Origin: Saccostrea echinata
Lineage: Eukaryota
DNA: 64,000 nucleotides
Direction: 5' to 3'
Assembly: GCF_033153115.1 (NCBI RefSeq)
Contig: NW_026889774.1
Location: 12,710,001-12,774,000, forward strand
A model generated the notes under the pieces. That model saw only the letters and a list, made by a program, of their open reading frames with translations, was not told the DNA's origin and did no database searches. The translations under genes were made by a program, and so were the position numbers. Below, one piece after another: positions 11,066-24,821 of the stretch (positions within the stretch are counted from its first letter, which is position 1; each line of letters begins with the position of its first letter).

Positions 11066-14000
11066 CCATAATCTAGGGTACAAACTCCCCACCAAGGAAT
11101 ACGTTTGTCCCGAGCTTATTTCTGTTAATGATTGAGCTTAGAACTTGAGTTCGAGCTCAGTCCCCTACCAGTTCATTCAGAGAATTCCAAGTAACTCAGG
11201 TTACACCCAAAACTCTGAAGATAGTGTATATTCAGTTTGGGAGAAATCAAATGGACAAATTTCACAGGCTTACCTCGTTATATTGCCCTCCCGGACTTCA
11301 ATACGCACTTGCATGCGTCGATACCAGATGCAAAAGAACCAAACCCTGTATTCTGGGATATTTTATGCTGAGAAAAATGCAGTTTATCGAATCAGGTTTT
11401 ACTATTTTTTCCCGGTATGACTATTTTTGTTTCAGGAAGTTATTTTTGATAGTAACAAAACGTTGGTGATCAAAGCATGCATGCATGGTTTCAACTGGTG
11501 GAATTTAACACTCGCTAAATACACAGATATTTACTAATGTCATAATGTGGATTAGTGTATATAAATACTAACTGAATAGAAAATGGACAAGCTACAGTAC
11601 TGTAAAAGCAGAGCACTACTTGTATTAATGAATCCTTATTATATTTGAGTGTACAAAAGGAGAATACTACCAGTATTTTATCTTTCTAAGTACTGTTTGA
11701 GTGCAATGGAACATTGAATTCCTGAATTTCGTTTAGATACAAAACAGCACAAACATTCGATGAAGTGGCACTTTTCACGACACATTTAAAAAAGATATTT
11801 TCAATATAAGGATGGGATTATGATAGTGATTTAAAAATGTCTCAATCTTTGTGCTCCAGTGGGGAGATTACACTAGTCGAAGTTCATAGTTTTACAAAAT
11901 CCTTTTTTATTTAAAATTATAAATGTAGTTTAAACCCCATTGTCTTCTTAATCAACCTAAACCAAGGTTTGAAATGAAAACAGCAAGATGGAGTGAAGTG
12001 TTTAAATTCTTAAATCCATGTGACATTTGAAATTATATGTATAATGATAAAATAAGCTGATGTTACAGGGGGGTTAACAATTTGGTTTAAATTCAACATT
12101 TTGCGAATTCTTTGGTCAGTCCAATGACCTTGTTTGCAAAAACAATCTATCATTTGGTCGGATGTTGATAAACATTTTTCATACAAAATTATTTTCATAC
12201 AGATTTATCTACGGATTACACCCACATCACCCGATTGAGACAAAGAGTGGGTGTGAACGGTCGACGTGAAATGCTTACATTTGTACCCCTCGACCTCTGG
12301 TGTTTCCGGGCACCTTTTTTTTTTTCTTTTTTTGAGTTTGATGATTCTTCTTATCTTCACATATCCAGTTTAAGATAATTAAAAAGGGTTAAATCACAAA
12401 TTCAAATTATTAATATAGGTATTCATGATTGTATTTCTTAATAATCACCGTAGTATATATGCTTACTTTTTTAAATTAAAAAATGCATCCTCTGTCAATT
12501 TTCATAGCTTTTTTTAACCAACTTTAAAACATTATATATATTTAAAACATCACAACTTTCTCTTCTTTTTTTTCTTTGGAAATGGCGTCCCTCGGGAGAT
12601 TTTTTTTTTAACCAGTTTCTGTCCTCAGAATTCTTTATGTAATTTTACAACGTTTTAAACGAATATTTTCTGGAAAAGGGCAAACAGTCTTCTTTAGGAA
12701 ACTTGTATAGATCAGCACAAAGACCCCCCCCCCCCCCCCGAAAAATACATTCTGTTATCTTCATTGATAATTTAAGGAGAGTATACATACTTGTGTTGCT
12801 TTTTTTTTTTTACCGTATTTTGAATCTACTTAAGAAATTCATTAAAATACTGGCAAAATTGGAATTTTAAAATTTCGTCCTCTTCTGTATTACCTTATGT
12901 ACATAAAAATCTGACACTTATTTCCTGATCTTCTATGTTTGTTTAATTTCTTTGTTTTGATATTATTATATATATGTCATGCATGATTGAATATCCTATG
13001 ACGGGAAACATTGTGAAAAAGAATGTAAACATCTATGCTGGCCTCAGTAACCAGTTGTTTTCACAAGAAGGAAACGCTCTATACATTATCTACAGAAATA
13101 AAATATCTATTGGTGCTATATTTCTTTCTGAAATGAAATATTTCCTTCCTCCATATGCGGAAAAGAAGGCATCTTTTAAACAGGGAAAGTTAATATATGG
13201 ATATTGATATGTCTGTTACGCATTGGATGAATGGACTGCGGAGGCAGTTGAACTTTCATCACTGTTCATGTGAAAACTGAAGAAAATTAAGAGATATTTG
13301 TTATTATCATGATTATGTATAAATCGCAAAAATGAACTACATAAGCACTTCAACATGTTCAAAGTCGACTGTGATAGTATACACCATATATGGTATATAT
13401 TTATATTATTATCATGATTATATACTGTTTTCTTTGTCTCTATTCAGATACTGTACATAGCTACATACTACACTCACTGGGTGTACATGGTCTTTAATCT
13501 CATAGTAACAGGGTCACGCCTCCCTAATTTTGCCAGTATATGAACTGATTTGCAGTTGGTTTTGTCAGTATATAATATACATTTAAAAAAAAAAACTTCG
13601 AAAACGCCTGATGCCTTTTTCTTTTAAGGACCTTCTCTACACCAGTGCAAAATATTTTTTGGACATTGAGAAAAATATGTTGTATTAAGGTGATAATATT
13701 GAGCGTTTCTATTTAATTTTCACTATATGGTACCTGGCATTTACCCCCAGGAAAAAGGTTCAAACACAACACAGTATCAGTGAATAGAAATCACTGTTGT
13801 TTACCTCCATAGAGAAAATACATGTAAATAACATGTTCAATTAATTTATCTTGGCCTTTTAAAATGTTAAGAATACTTGAATTGATTACAAATTGAGTAA
13901 TAATCTGTAAATTTCTATTTTTTAGAATTTAAATCTAAAGGCAGATCACTCTAACTTCAGAAAAATACCATAGAATCAGAACTCTTTAGTGTGCAGTGTA

Positions 14001-14959
14001 GAGAGGGTTCTTAAAATAATTCTTTATTTTTTGAAAGATATCGGGATCGGGATTTAAAATATTTATTTCAACCAATCGTCTCCTTTGCGCCAGAATACAA
14101 ACATTGATTATTTAAACGACCAAAATCCGATGTAGGCATATACAGAAATGGATAAACTAAATTCGGCCAAAGTAAAGAAAGGTATTTATAGTGCGTCATC
14201 ATTAAATACACCATTGATAATGGCGATGAAATGGAGGCTTGTGTAGCTGTAGCTGAACAATATCAATGAAATGAGCAAGAGTTTGTATCACAAAAATGAA
14301 AATACACATTGAATTTGTAACAACGTCTATTTTTAATTGTATAGCAATGGTGTTCAGTATTGGCTATTGTTTCATAAGGCATAAGTCGTGACAAATCACT
14401 GAGTTAGTAAGAGTAATAATTATAATGTAATCAATTATCACGGTAATATTGAAACTGTAAACAAATGTCAAATGGGCTGTTAGCCTTGCATATGATGTTA
14501 AAGAAGAAAAGATATACAAAACATGACCAAGAAATACATAACTATATACAGTGCTACTTTGGTATATTGCCAACTTTTGTCCAAGACAGATTTTGGCATT
14601 ACAGTGAGGGTGGCATTATAACGAGTTCTGTCACAAATTATAATGCAATGAGCCCAGCTCAAGATGAATTCATAGTTTATTTCAGTTACAATAAAATGTC
14701 ATGCTTGTGCACATGTGTACATACATGTACATTTAAACGCATCCTTCATTTCTTCTGGAAAAAAGTCAATAATTTATTTGTTTACGAGAATTTCGACTAA
14801 AATGAAATGAAAATGTCAGAATATTTAACACTTATCAATTTTCTGCTCTTTTGTCATGGTCCAAGAATTTAACAACCCAATGATAACGGTGTCAATAGCT
14901 GTAATAGTCTCTCAGTATAGAAAAAGTTTTCGGAAGTAGATTATTTCACCATCTCAAGA

Positions 14960-16925
14960 ATGTCTGAATCAGTTAAAAAGTTCGGTAGGTTAAGCATCAT
15001 GACTGACAAATGGAAAGTCACATGGATACATGTCTAGATCTTCATGAACCCCTTGTAATATACATGTATTCTCATGTTTCAGTTTGGTAGTACCCAATTA
15101 ATTTCTCATCCTATTCTGTTTTGATATTTATCAATCAATCCAGTATGTGTCCAAAAATTTATGACTCGGTGTTTCATGGGTGATGGATCGATATATATAT
15201 TAAATATATAATAAATATTGGATTCCTATGCTATTTTCACGTGGTGAATTATAGTAGTCTAAAAATAGAGATGGGGTTTCCTTTTGATCGATACAATGGC
15301 TTCTTGATGTAAGGGGACAAAAAATGAATTTTTTTCATTGATTATGGTTAAATTGGTTAATTATCTGTGATAAGCAACAATTGGCAATTTGTTGTACTTT
15401 TATTATTTTTTCTTTCTTTTGTAATCTAAATTTGTATGCTTTCTCTTCCCTGACATTTCCATTATTGTGATGAAATAATACCGCTATCAAAAAAAAAACC
15501 AACACCAAAGATTACTAATTTTGAGTTTTATACAATTTTTATCTTTAATTTAGCTGAATTCCTTGTTCAGACAGTCACGCTTCACCGCAACCATTGTCAA
15601 AGCACAGGTGTGACGTCCAAATTACTGACACGCGCTAGATAATTGGCATTGTTATCGAGGGTTTTCCTTATATAATTTGACCTTTTGTTTCCTAAAACCA
15701 GTGGCGGATGGCAATAAGCGGGGGTGGCATTATAACAGGTGTATTAAAACAGGGGAAATCCATTCTTAGAAATTCCTGGCAATAAGCAGGGTGGCAATAT
15801 AACAGAGGGCAGTTTACCGACGTAGCACTGTATTTTATTGAAAAATGCCTTTTTCAAAAAAAATATTGCAACATTATTTGTTGTTCATTTTAATGAAAAC
15901 AACATCTTCGAATGCAGAATCTTTTGCAGTTTCTTCACATAATTTGAAAATAAATTTTTATCAATAGGTGTTGTGATATAACTTGTCAAATACAAAATAG
16001 ACTGTTTCATGATAACTGCGGTACTGCTCTTTTGCAGGGCAAAATCATATATTTTGGTGAAATATGATGTAAAGTAATTAATATATGTCATTTAATTATC
16101 TGTCAGCAAAAACTTAGCCAAAAGTTATTAATTTGCCCTGCAAAAGAGTAGTACCGCAGTTATTGTGAAAGGGATAATAGAAATTTCATGGCACAAATTT
16201 GCTTCATGTAAGAAATCATGGCATTTGGCGTTACAAATTTTCATTGATGATCTTTTATCAGTTTACTCATAACATCCTAGGAAAATAAAATTTAAACAAA
16301 TCTGCATAATCCAGTGGGGAAAAAAATCATGAAAATTGACCTCTGAGTAATTACACTGTAGGCATTTATAAAAACTGGTTTTTCTATGAAATATAGTGCA
16401 AAAATGAAATTATGACTACTTATGACCATATATTGTACATATAGTTATTGCATGAAGATGGGTCTAGATCTATAATTAATAGCAATTGAATATATATATA
16501 TATATATATATATTTATACATTTTCAACAGTGAAATACTGTGATTTATTTATTGAATAAAAGTGATATTCTCTCACAGTGTGAAAGGATATCAAATTAAG
16601 AAAAAAAATAATTTCTGGCCTCTCATAAGATAGATATAATAACTAAGCATCTTGATAGAGGTAAAACTGCAAATTTCTTCCCAAATATGTTGCTTAAATC
16701 CATGCTATGTAATGTTTTCAATCACACAACTGCTAAGCTATGACGTCTCAACCACTCAACTATGACGTCAAGCCTATGACACTGTGTTAAGAAAAGACTG
16801 AGGCAAAGGGAAAATCAAAGAAAATGTAATAAACAGAAAATTCAATGTTTTGTAGATGAATATGGAATTTATTTCACTCGTGAGACAGGATTTTTTGATA
16901 TTTTTACTCGTGCTTCGCACTCGTG

Positions 16926-16998
<73 letters not shown>

Positions 16999-19900
16999 CT
17001 GGGAGAACTTCTCTAAGAGAACAATTTTAGAATATTTAGTGTTAGTAATTGTAAATTTTCAAGGAGAACATTTTTTTCCCCCTGCAGTTGCGAATTACTT
17101 AGTCACATTGAAAAATGACCCAAATTACCGAATGGGGCCTTATTCAATATTCATTACCATTCTTGACAAAGTAGGCAGTGTTTTCTAGAATTTTAAAGAA
17201 GTTTGTTCGTTATGATATTGGTTTTTATGGAATATTTCAATAATTTTTATGTATTGCCAGTTAATTAAATTTATTAGATTTGTCAATAACTATGTTTATT
17301 TTTAAAGCAACAGAATTTCTTGAAAAATGGAAGAAATTTCAGGAAGAGAAAGATCAAAAGAGACAGACTCTTTCAACAAAGTCGACACCACAGGATGACA
17401 ATGAGTAAGTGTCTATATCAGCTTGAAAATTAACAACACCTCCAGCCCCCACCCCTCCCCATTTTTTCCTAGTCAAGGGCTGCATTGAAGACTTCAGACT
17501 GAAGTTTGTCTTTCATGATCATCCATCTCATTCTGTTCTGCATTAAAAAAAACCCATACTGTTCAACTGAAGTCTGTGTATGCTTCCATGAGAATTGTTT
17601 GGAAGTTTTGGTGACTAAGGATCACAAGAAAATGTAGAATTGAGCAAGAAATAGCATAGCTAAAATGAAAGGTTCTTTATATGTATAAAATTTAAATTCA
17701 GATATGTTCATGACTTAATTTTTTAATCTTAATCTTAATTTGGTCATATTGGTATTTTTGTGAGTAGTTTGTATCTCATGAATCCTGTATTGGGAGTACT
17801 TGTATTTCATACTGTTTTGCAGAAAGAAGAAAGCAGGAAAGAAGGTTGTGGCATCACGATATCTTAGTCACAGATCAGAGTCCAACATACCAAAGGAGCC
17901 TGCAGCTCCAGCCAAAGTGTCAAAGGTCCAGAAACGAATATCTATCTTACCTCAGAAACAAACTATTGGAACACCTATGAGGTATCTCATACAAACCCTA
18001 AAAAATTGAACTACAGTGTTAGTTTAGGAAGATTTTTTTCTGCAATTGAAATATACTCTGTAAGTCAAGAGTTGTTTTGTTTTTTCTCTTAGAATGATTA
18101 TTTAATCCCTCCACTGACTCGAATAAGTGTTTGTATTTACTTCAACAGAACCTTTTGAAGTAATGACACTCCTTCAAGGGATTAATTCAGTATTTCTCTG
18201 TTTTAGCATTAAATTAGAGCGATGGAAAAAGAAGAAAGAAAATGAGAAGGAGAACCAGGCTACCCTGAGTAGTGTGAGGTATGTATAGAGAAGTGTGAGA
18301 TGTGTATAGAGTAGTGTGGGTTATGTATAGAGAAGTGTGAGATGTGTATAGAGTAGTGTGGGTTATGTATAGAGAAGTGTGAGATGTGTATAGAGTAGCG
18401 TGAGGTATGTATAGAGAAGTGTGAGATGTGTATAGAGTAGTGTGGGTTATGTATAGAGAAGTGTGAGATGTTTATAGAGTAGTGTGAGGTATGTATAGAG
18501 AAGTGTGAGACGTGTATAGAGTAGTGTGGGTTATGTAAAGAGAAGTGTGAGATGTGTATAGAGTAGTGTGAGGTATGTATAGAGAAGTGTGAGATGTGTA
18601 TAGAGTAGTGTGGGTTATGTAAAGAGAAGTGTGAGATGTGTATAGAGTAGTGTGGGTTATGTAAAGAGAAGTGTGAGATGTGTATAGAGTAGTGTGAGGT
18701 ATGTATAGAGAAGTGTGAGATGTGTATAGAGTAGTGTGAGGTATGTATAGAGAAGTGTGAGATGTGTATAGAGTAGTGTGGGTTATGTATAGAGAAGTGT
18801 GAGATGTGTATAGAGTAGTGTGGGTTATGTATAGAGAAATGTGAGGATATGGGTTAACGTATAGAGAAGTGCTTTTAGAGTATTGTGTGGTATATGTAGA
18901 GAAATATGAGGTAATGTACGGAGAAGTACTTTTAGAGTATTGTGAGGTATGAATAGAGAAATATGAGGTTATGAATAGAGAAGTGCTTTAAGAGTATTAT
19001 GTGGTATGTTAGAGAGTGAGATACATAAGAAGTAGTTTGATTTATGTAAAGAAAATGCTTTTTATGCTATTTAAATTTCTGTATAAATAGTCAAATGTCA
19101 TTATCGTGAATTTGATGGGAACATGGAAAAACTTCAAGATCCCCAGATGGGTTTAGGATATTGAGGTTAAAAAATACATAGACAGAAAGTGGTCATTACT
19201 TCAAATGACTTCGACATATCCATGGTATTAGGGATATTGATGTTTGAGGTACTGAAGTTCAACTGTACTAATTCTCTCAAGATGGTCATACTGAAAAGTA
19301 TTCTCTGTCTTAAATTTAATTGTGATCCAACCTACATAACCTACACATTTTTATAAAAGTTACCACTGTACACCATTTTACCAATTATAAAGGAAAGATT
19401 ATATACTGGTAAATATATAAAACTCATTTATAACAACATTGCATCCTAATGTATCTATACATGAAGAGTAAAGATGATTGTTATGGTAGGTTACAAAAGA
19501 AGTCATTTCAAGGTCAAAGCTTAGGTCAAGTCTCTGGTATTATTAAAGTTATACCATCCTAATTTACAGTGGTTGAAATTGAAAGGTGATAATCAGAATA
19601 AGAGGATATCAGTTTTGTGTTTAATTTATCAATAATGAAGTCAAAAAGTCAAGGTAAACTCAGGTAATGGTAATTAAATCCTTTAATCCTGGTTTATCTT
19701 TGTATGAATTAAGCAGTAATCTAAATCTAATTCATTTTTAATGTCAAGGTCAAAAGCCAAGGTCAACTCCAATGGTAATATTTTTAAAACATCTCATTTT
19801 GGTCTACCGGTACTTTTGCATTAAGTTTGAAGATTATACTTGGAAGTTGGAACATTTCCTCACTCATCAGAGCTGAATGCAATAGCTACACAAGATAGGA

Positions 19901-22900
19901 CTTATATCAAAAGTCTGTGTAAGTTTTATTTCATACTCTGGCCAAATAATTTCTTCAGGTTTTAATAAACAGATAAAAAGTGATACGGAGTGCATAGTAA
20001 AATTAAATATCATCACTCATATTGTGATAATTCTAAATATGTAGGCAAGAATGGCTTTCACATTTACAAAATGAAATTTTCTGTAATTTTACAATGACAA
20101 TTTTCTAACCAGAGCCTACAAATAAAATGAAATACAAGCAATGGGAAAAAATGTGGGAAAGCTCGTTTATGCTTTTAAAAAAGTATAAAGGAAATACAGT
20201 AATATCTCGTTATCTAGCACTGGATGAGAAATAAATTCGATATATCCAAGGATTCAAGATATCAGGGGTAAAATACTTAAAGAATAAGTGTTTAGGACTT
20301 CCAAATCACTTTGACATATCCATGGTATTTAAGATATCAGTGTTTGAAATACCAAAGGTCAACTGTATAATGATACAACAATTTTAGAGTTATCTTTCTT
20401 TGCAAACAGTCATTGCTCCGAAATGTAACAATTTTGAATTCTGGTTATACTTTTAGAAAAAAGACACAGACCCCATTCAAAGCTGCTCAGAAATATACTC
20501 ATGTGAAATCCAAGTTCATGACTGCAAGTACTCAGAAGACTGTTCAGAGAGGGGTCGACAAAAAGACAGGGAAAGAAACTGTGAAAAAAGTTTTGACATC
20601 AACCCTGAAATCTGTCTCCATAAAGACAGTACCCTCACATGTCACAAAGGCCTCATCTCAAGTTAGGAGAAATGCATCAACAAAAACTTCTGATGTTAAG
20701 AAAAATATTGCAGTGTCCTCATCAATAAAATACAAATCAAGCCATTTTCAGTTCAAGGTTGGTGAATCTGAAACAAGAAAGTTGAAAAGAAGACATTCGG
20801 ACTTGGAATCACGAACTACAAAAGCCACACGGAGCATTCTGAAAAGGAAATCTTGTCTTCCTAGCTTGTCTGATGAAGCATTATTACCAGATTCACAGAC
20901 TCCCAAAACACCAGGTCACAATGTTAGGTTTGTCTCCCCTGTCAAACAAAAACCAGATACCCAGCCCTGTAAGAAAACTCCAGTCCCACGTCAGCATAGA
21001 TCTATGAGGTAAAGTTCTAGGTCTGTACACATTAGAATGGGACATTTGTGTTTGCTTGTTTCAGATGTAGTTGAGCTATCCATATGCATATAATTATTGT
21101 ATCATTTTGTGAGTCAGTGCTCACAGTACCTCTAGTTTTATTTTGATGAACTGTATAGAGTGTTGTTGCATCTTTTTTCTGATTCATAGAAGGAAATGGT
21201 GTCATTTTTGCATCATAAAATGTGAAGCTAAGAAAAAAATTCTTACAAATCCAACCCAAATTTTCTCTCTGACCATCAGAGATCCTAGTTGAACAGATTT
21301 CTGATTTTAATGGTGTACTTGACTTTTCTTACAGAACAGAGCTGGAGGAATGGCTGAAGAAGAAAGGAAAGACCCCCAGTGGATTCCGACATCTGCGGTG
21401 CTTTGATGCCTCACTATCAGCCAAGAAAAAGTCTTCAGATCAGCACAGTAACCAAGAAAAGACAGAGGAGGTAGGATTTCTGTGTCATTGAGAGAAGTAT
21501 CTTCCTCATTTTATATATCTGATGATGGTGGATGTATTTTTGGAACAGATGCTAGAGGGCAAATGAGAGAATGTAGATGAATAATTTTTGGGATGAAAGT
21601 ACCCTTATATTTATAAGTGTGTATGTTTTTCTTTTAGGAGGAAATTAAGAAACCTAGATCATCAGTAGTGCTAAACCTTGAGGACCAGTTTAATGCTGAG
21701 GAATCCATGAACAGAGAGGACACTATTGTAGAGGACCTAGACTCCATGTTAGAGGAGTGTACCACACTGTATGAGGCTGTATGTACATACTAAAATTACT
21801 TCAACCCCCCCCCCCCCCCCATACATGAAAAGATATTATAAATGAAACAAATGGTGTCTTTTTTTCTTCTTTATAACTATCTGGTACATGTATTTATTTT
21901 CGATGTTTGACTCTCAGAATTAATTAGAATTTGACCCATGATCAGCTGTTTATCAAATTGATAAACACTTACAAACAGGGAAACCTAAATGAGTCTCATG
22001 TGATGAGTTGCACATAATTTTTATGTTTTTTATGAAATATGTGGATTTCAGTAAAATATTTTTACAACTGGGAATACCTGTATAAAATGTATATTTCCTT
22101 TCCATGCTGTTCCCATGTATTTTGTGAGGCTTATTTGCTTGTGTACCAGCCTTAGAGATGTACAATACTAAGGAAAAGCCAAAATAATATTAAAATCTTA
22201 TTTGGTATTTCATCTTCCTTAACAGACATTTTAATTTTATTACATTTTGTTTTTTAAAAGAACATATAGTAATACATGTACTCAATAGATAGTCTACAAA
22301 AAAAATTGCAATAAATATCAATTGGGCCTAAAATAAAAATTTGTTTGTTTGCAGTTGCTACTAACCCACTGAAAATGCACCCAATCCAAACTTTTTTTCC
22401 GACCATTTTTTGAGATGATTTTTTTTTCCCGGGGGGGGGGGTTCAAGATATTGAATTTTCTATGTTTGTTTTTATCAATTAGTGACTAAACTAAGTGGAG
22501 ATCATTTACATTTAATAACCCTAAGAATATCACTATGACTTGTTATCCAACAAAAACTATAAAACTAAAATCTATTTAAAAAACCTACCTATCTACCTAT
22601 CCTCTCTAAAAATTATATGTCGGCAACTGCAAACAAAAAAAAATTATGCTTGCATGGCCTTGCTTAACTTTGAGGACTATTTTTCAGGGTTGTCCTCTTG
22701 AGGACACAATGAAATGGTTGGATTCTATTGAGGAGAACATCACCTTAGCTTCATCATCTGCCAGGTTCTACATCTGTAAAGCCAAGATCCTCAAGAGCAC
22801 CAACAACCTGGAAGAGGTCCTCCATGTGTTTGAAACGGCAGTCAAAAATTGTGCCCAAGTATGAATCATCGAGGACATTATCTTATTTTCTTTTTAAAAC

Positions 22901-24821
22901 AGTCATTGTAGTAAATAATAAAACTTGGAGTGGCTACATTGTAGCTGTAATAAGGGGTAATTTGCTGAATATTTTTAATAGCTTTGTTTATGTCATAACA
23001 GATTTAACATTTTTTATTGCAAGTAATTTTTTCCCCAGGTATTAGAGTTCATTCATTCTTTTTTCAGCCAGCCGAAGACTTGGCCAGGTCTTTGACTGAG
23101 ATTATAACAGAAATCAGTCTTGAGCGCGAAAGGAAGGCTCGCTTAAAAAGTGCACTCGACAAGGCAGTGGAAAACGGAAATGTGTTTGAATCCAGCGCAA
23201 TTAAATATTGTGTCAGACAACTAACTCCACATAAACACAGGTAAAGTACTTAACTTGTAATTTGTTTTCATCTGAAACTGGTGAAAATGGAATAGTTGAC
23301 AAATTATTTCATTGAGCAGTGCGGAAATATACTCTGATCAATTTTAAGCTATCTGTCAAATATCAAAATTTACTCTTTAAAAAAATCTATTTTCTTGTCA
23401 ATTTTTTAGTTTTAAAAATGCTAACACAATGGTATAATGTACATTCCATATTAGATTAAATGTACCTACTGTGAAATCGCTAATTTTCTTGTTTTCAAGG
23501 TGTGAAGAGACCCTTGAATTCATATCCACCACAAAATGTAAAATTCCATATACAGTGAAACTTGTCCAATTCGGATGTTGTGTATTCCGAAATCTTGCCT
23601 AAAACGATGTAAACTTTAAGAGCCTTTCAATAAAATCTATTGTTTAAGATGTTTTCTAATCCAGAATGTTGTCTAATCCGGCAAATTCCTATGGAAGCAG
23701 TGGTGTCCGAATTAGACAAGTTTTACTTTATATATGTACAAGTATAACTACTCACCAATTATTCATCCACGAAATCAAATCCCCACAAAAATATATTTTT
23801 TTCCTCAAAACCTAAAAAAATTGACCCCATGAAAATATGTGATTTTGCAGTAATCTTTGATTAAAAAAAAATTTGTTATTTTAGTGTCTGCATAGCTAAT
23901 ATCGACAGTCAATTTTTTGGCATTATAATTTAATTTGGGTTAGTCAAAGAGCACTGTTCACTAAAGGCCTTTTTTGGGCATGTAAAATTCTGGAGAAAAA
24001 AATTATAAATCTGTAGTTTTATAAATCAACATTATAAATACAGTTGAACTTCGGTATTTCGAACACCAAAATCATGAATATGTTGAAGTGATCTGGAAGT
24101 CCCAACAACTTATTTTTTTAAGTATTTTTCCCTCGATATCTCGAATCCACAGATACATGTATTTTGAAGTATTTTCTTGGCCTCATCAAGTTTGAGATAA
24201 CTAGGTTTGACTGTATGGATTGGACTCCTTCTTATTTCGTGAAAATGACTTCCTTAGAGGCTAATATATCAATGTGCTTTGAGTAGAGCAAAACCTGCAA
24301 TCAAAACATTACAAATACATATACATGATGTATTGTCAAATACACCAGTTTTCTGTAAAATTTGAGAACATTGCAATTTCACAAGGCATATTCTTCAATA
24401 CTGGACAGTAAAAACTTTTTAGGTAATGAAAGCATGCAGTTTTTTCTTTCTATAAATGTCTAAAATTGGAAATATGTGTAGGGTGACAAATGATTTATAG
24501 ACAGGGTCGATTGTTGCATAAATTTAAACTAGTTCTTTGAACAGTGTAACACTTTGAATTAAAAATGGGCTTAATTATTCCTAATGTATCGTTTCCAGAA
24601 AAAGACAATCAGGTGGTTTTGATGACTATTCACCTTTGCCTTGTAAAGTGGTGACTCCAGTTCGTAGGTCCACTCGCCGCAGCCTTAGTGGTTTACCAGA
24701 ACAACTCCAAGACAAAGCCCCTGTTTACACCGCTCTGGAGGACATTCCATCTCCAGAGAGAAAAGGCACTTTGTTTCAATCAAATTCAGCCCTAGACAAG
24801 ATTCTGGATGATAGTCTGTAG
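14960..24821 (+). CDS. CKAP2: Cytoskeleton-associated protein 2 (CKAP2/CKAP2L-like), 10 coding exons
   Basis: Phase-consistent GT-AG exons: 14960-14984, 17308-17404, 17823-17981, 18207-18278, 20457-21008, 21335-21470, 21638-21778, 22688-22858, 23068-23240, 24599-24821. KEN motifs (KKENEKEN), basic S/T/K-rich middle, and CKAP2 C-terminal motifs LEEWLKKKGKTP, GCP...ARFYICKA, AVKNCAQP, SAIKYCV..TP, TPVRRS, FQSNSAL. Exon 1 is the least certain. Confidence 0.82.
16008..16168. repeat. Small inverted repeat (foldback relic)
   Basis: ATAACTGCGGTACTGCTCTTTTGCAGGGCAAA (~16012-16043) pairs with TTTGCCCTGCAAAAGAGTAGTACCGCAGTTAT (~16132-16163). Confidence 0.75.
18267..18850 (+). repeat. 21-bp minisatellite with alternating A/B units (42-bp period), starting inside CKAP2 exon 4
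   Basis: GAGTAGTGTGAGGTATGTATA / GAGAAGTGTGAGATGTGTATA, about 27 monomers, decaying to ~19020; the first unit contains the exon-4 donor AG|GTATGT. Confidence 0.95.
20196..20368. mobile_element. ~170-bp TA-flanked CAGT...ACTG MITE family (Tc1/mariner-pogo-like)
   Basis: TACAGT...CAACTGTA ends and shared core GGACTTCCAAATCACTTCGACATATCCATGGTATT; related copies at ~19087-19267, 24039-24215 (inverted), 54048-54219 and ~63625-63802. Confidence 0.7.

Noticed and set aside
15751-15761. NF-kB-like site GGGGAAATCC as a TLR regulator
   Set aside because: A single short match inside repeat-like sequence in CKAP2 intron 1, far from the inferred TLR promoter.
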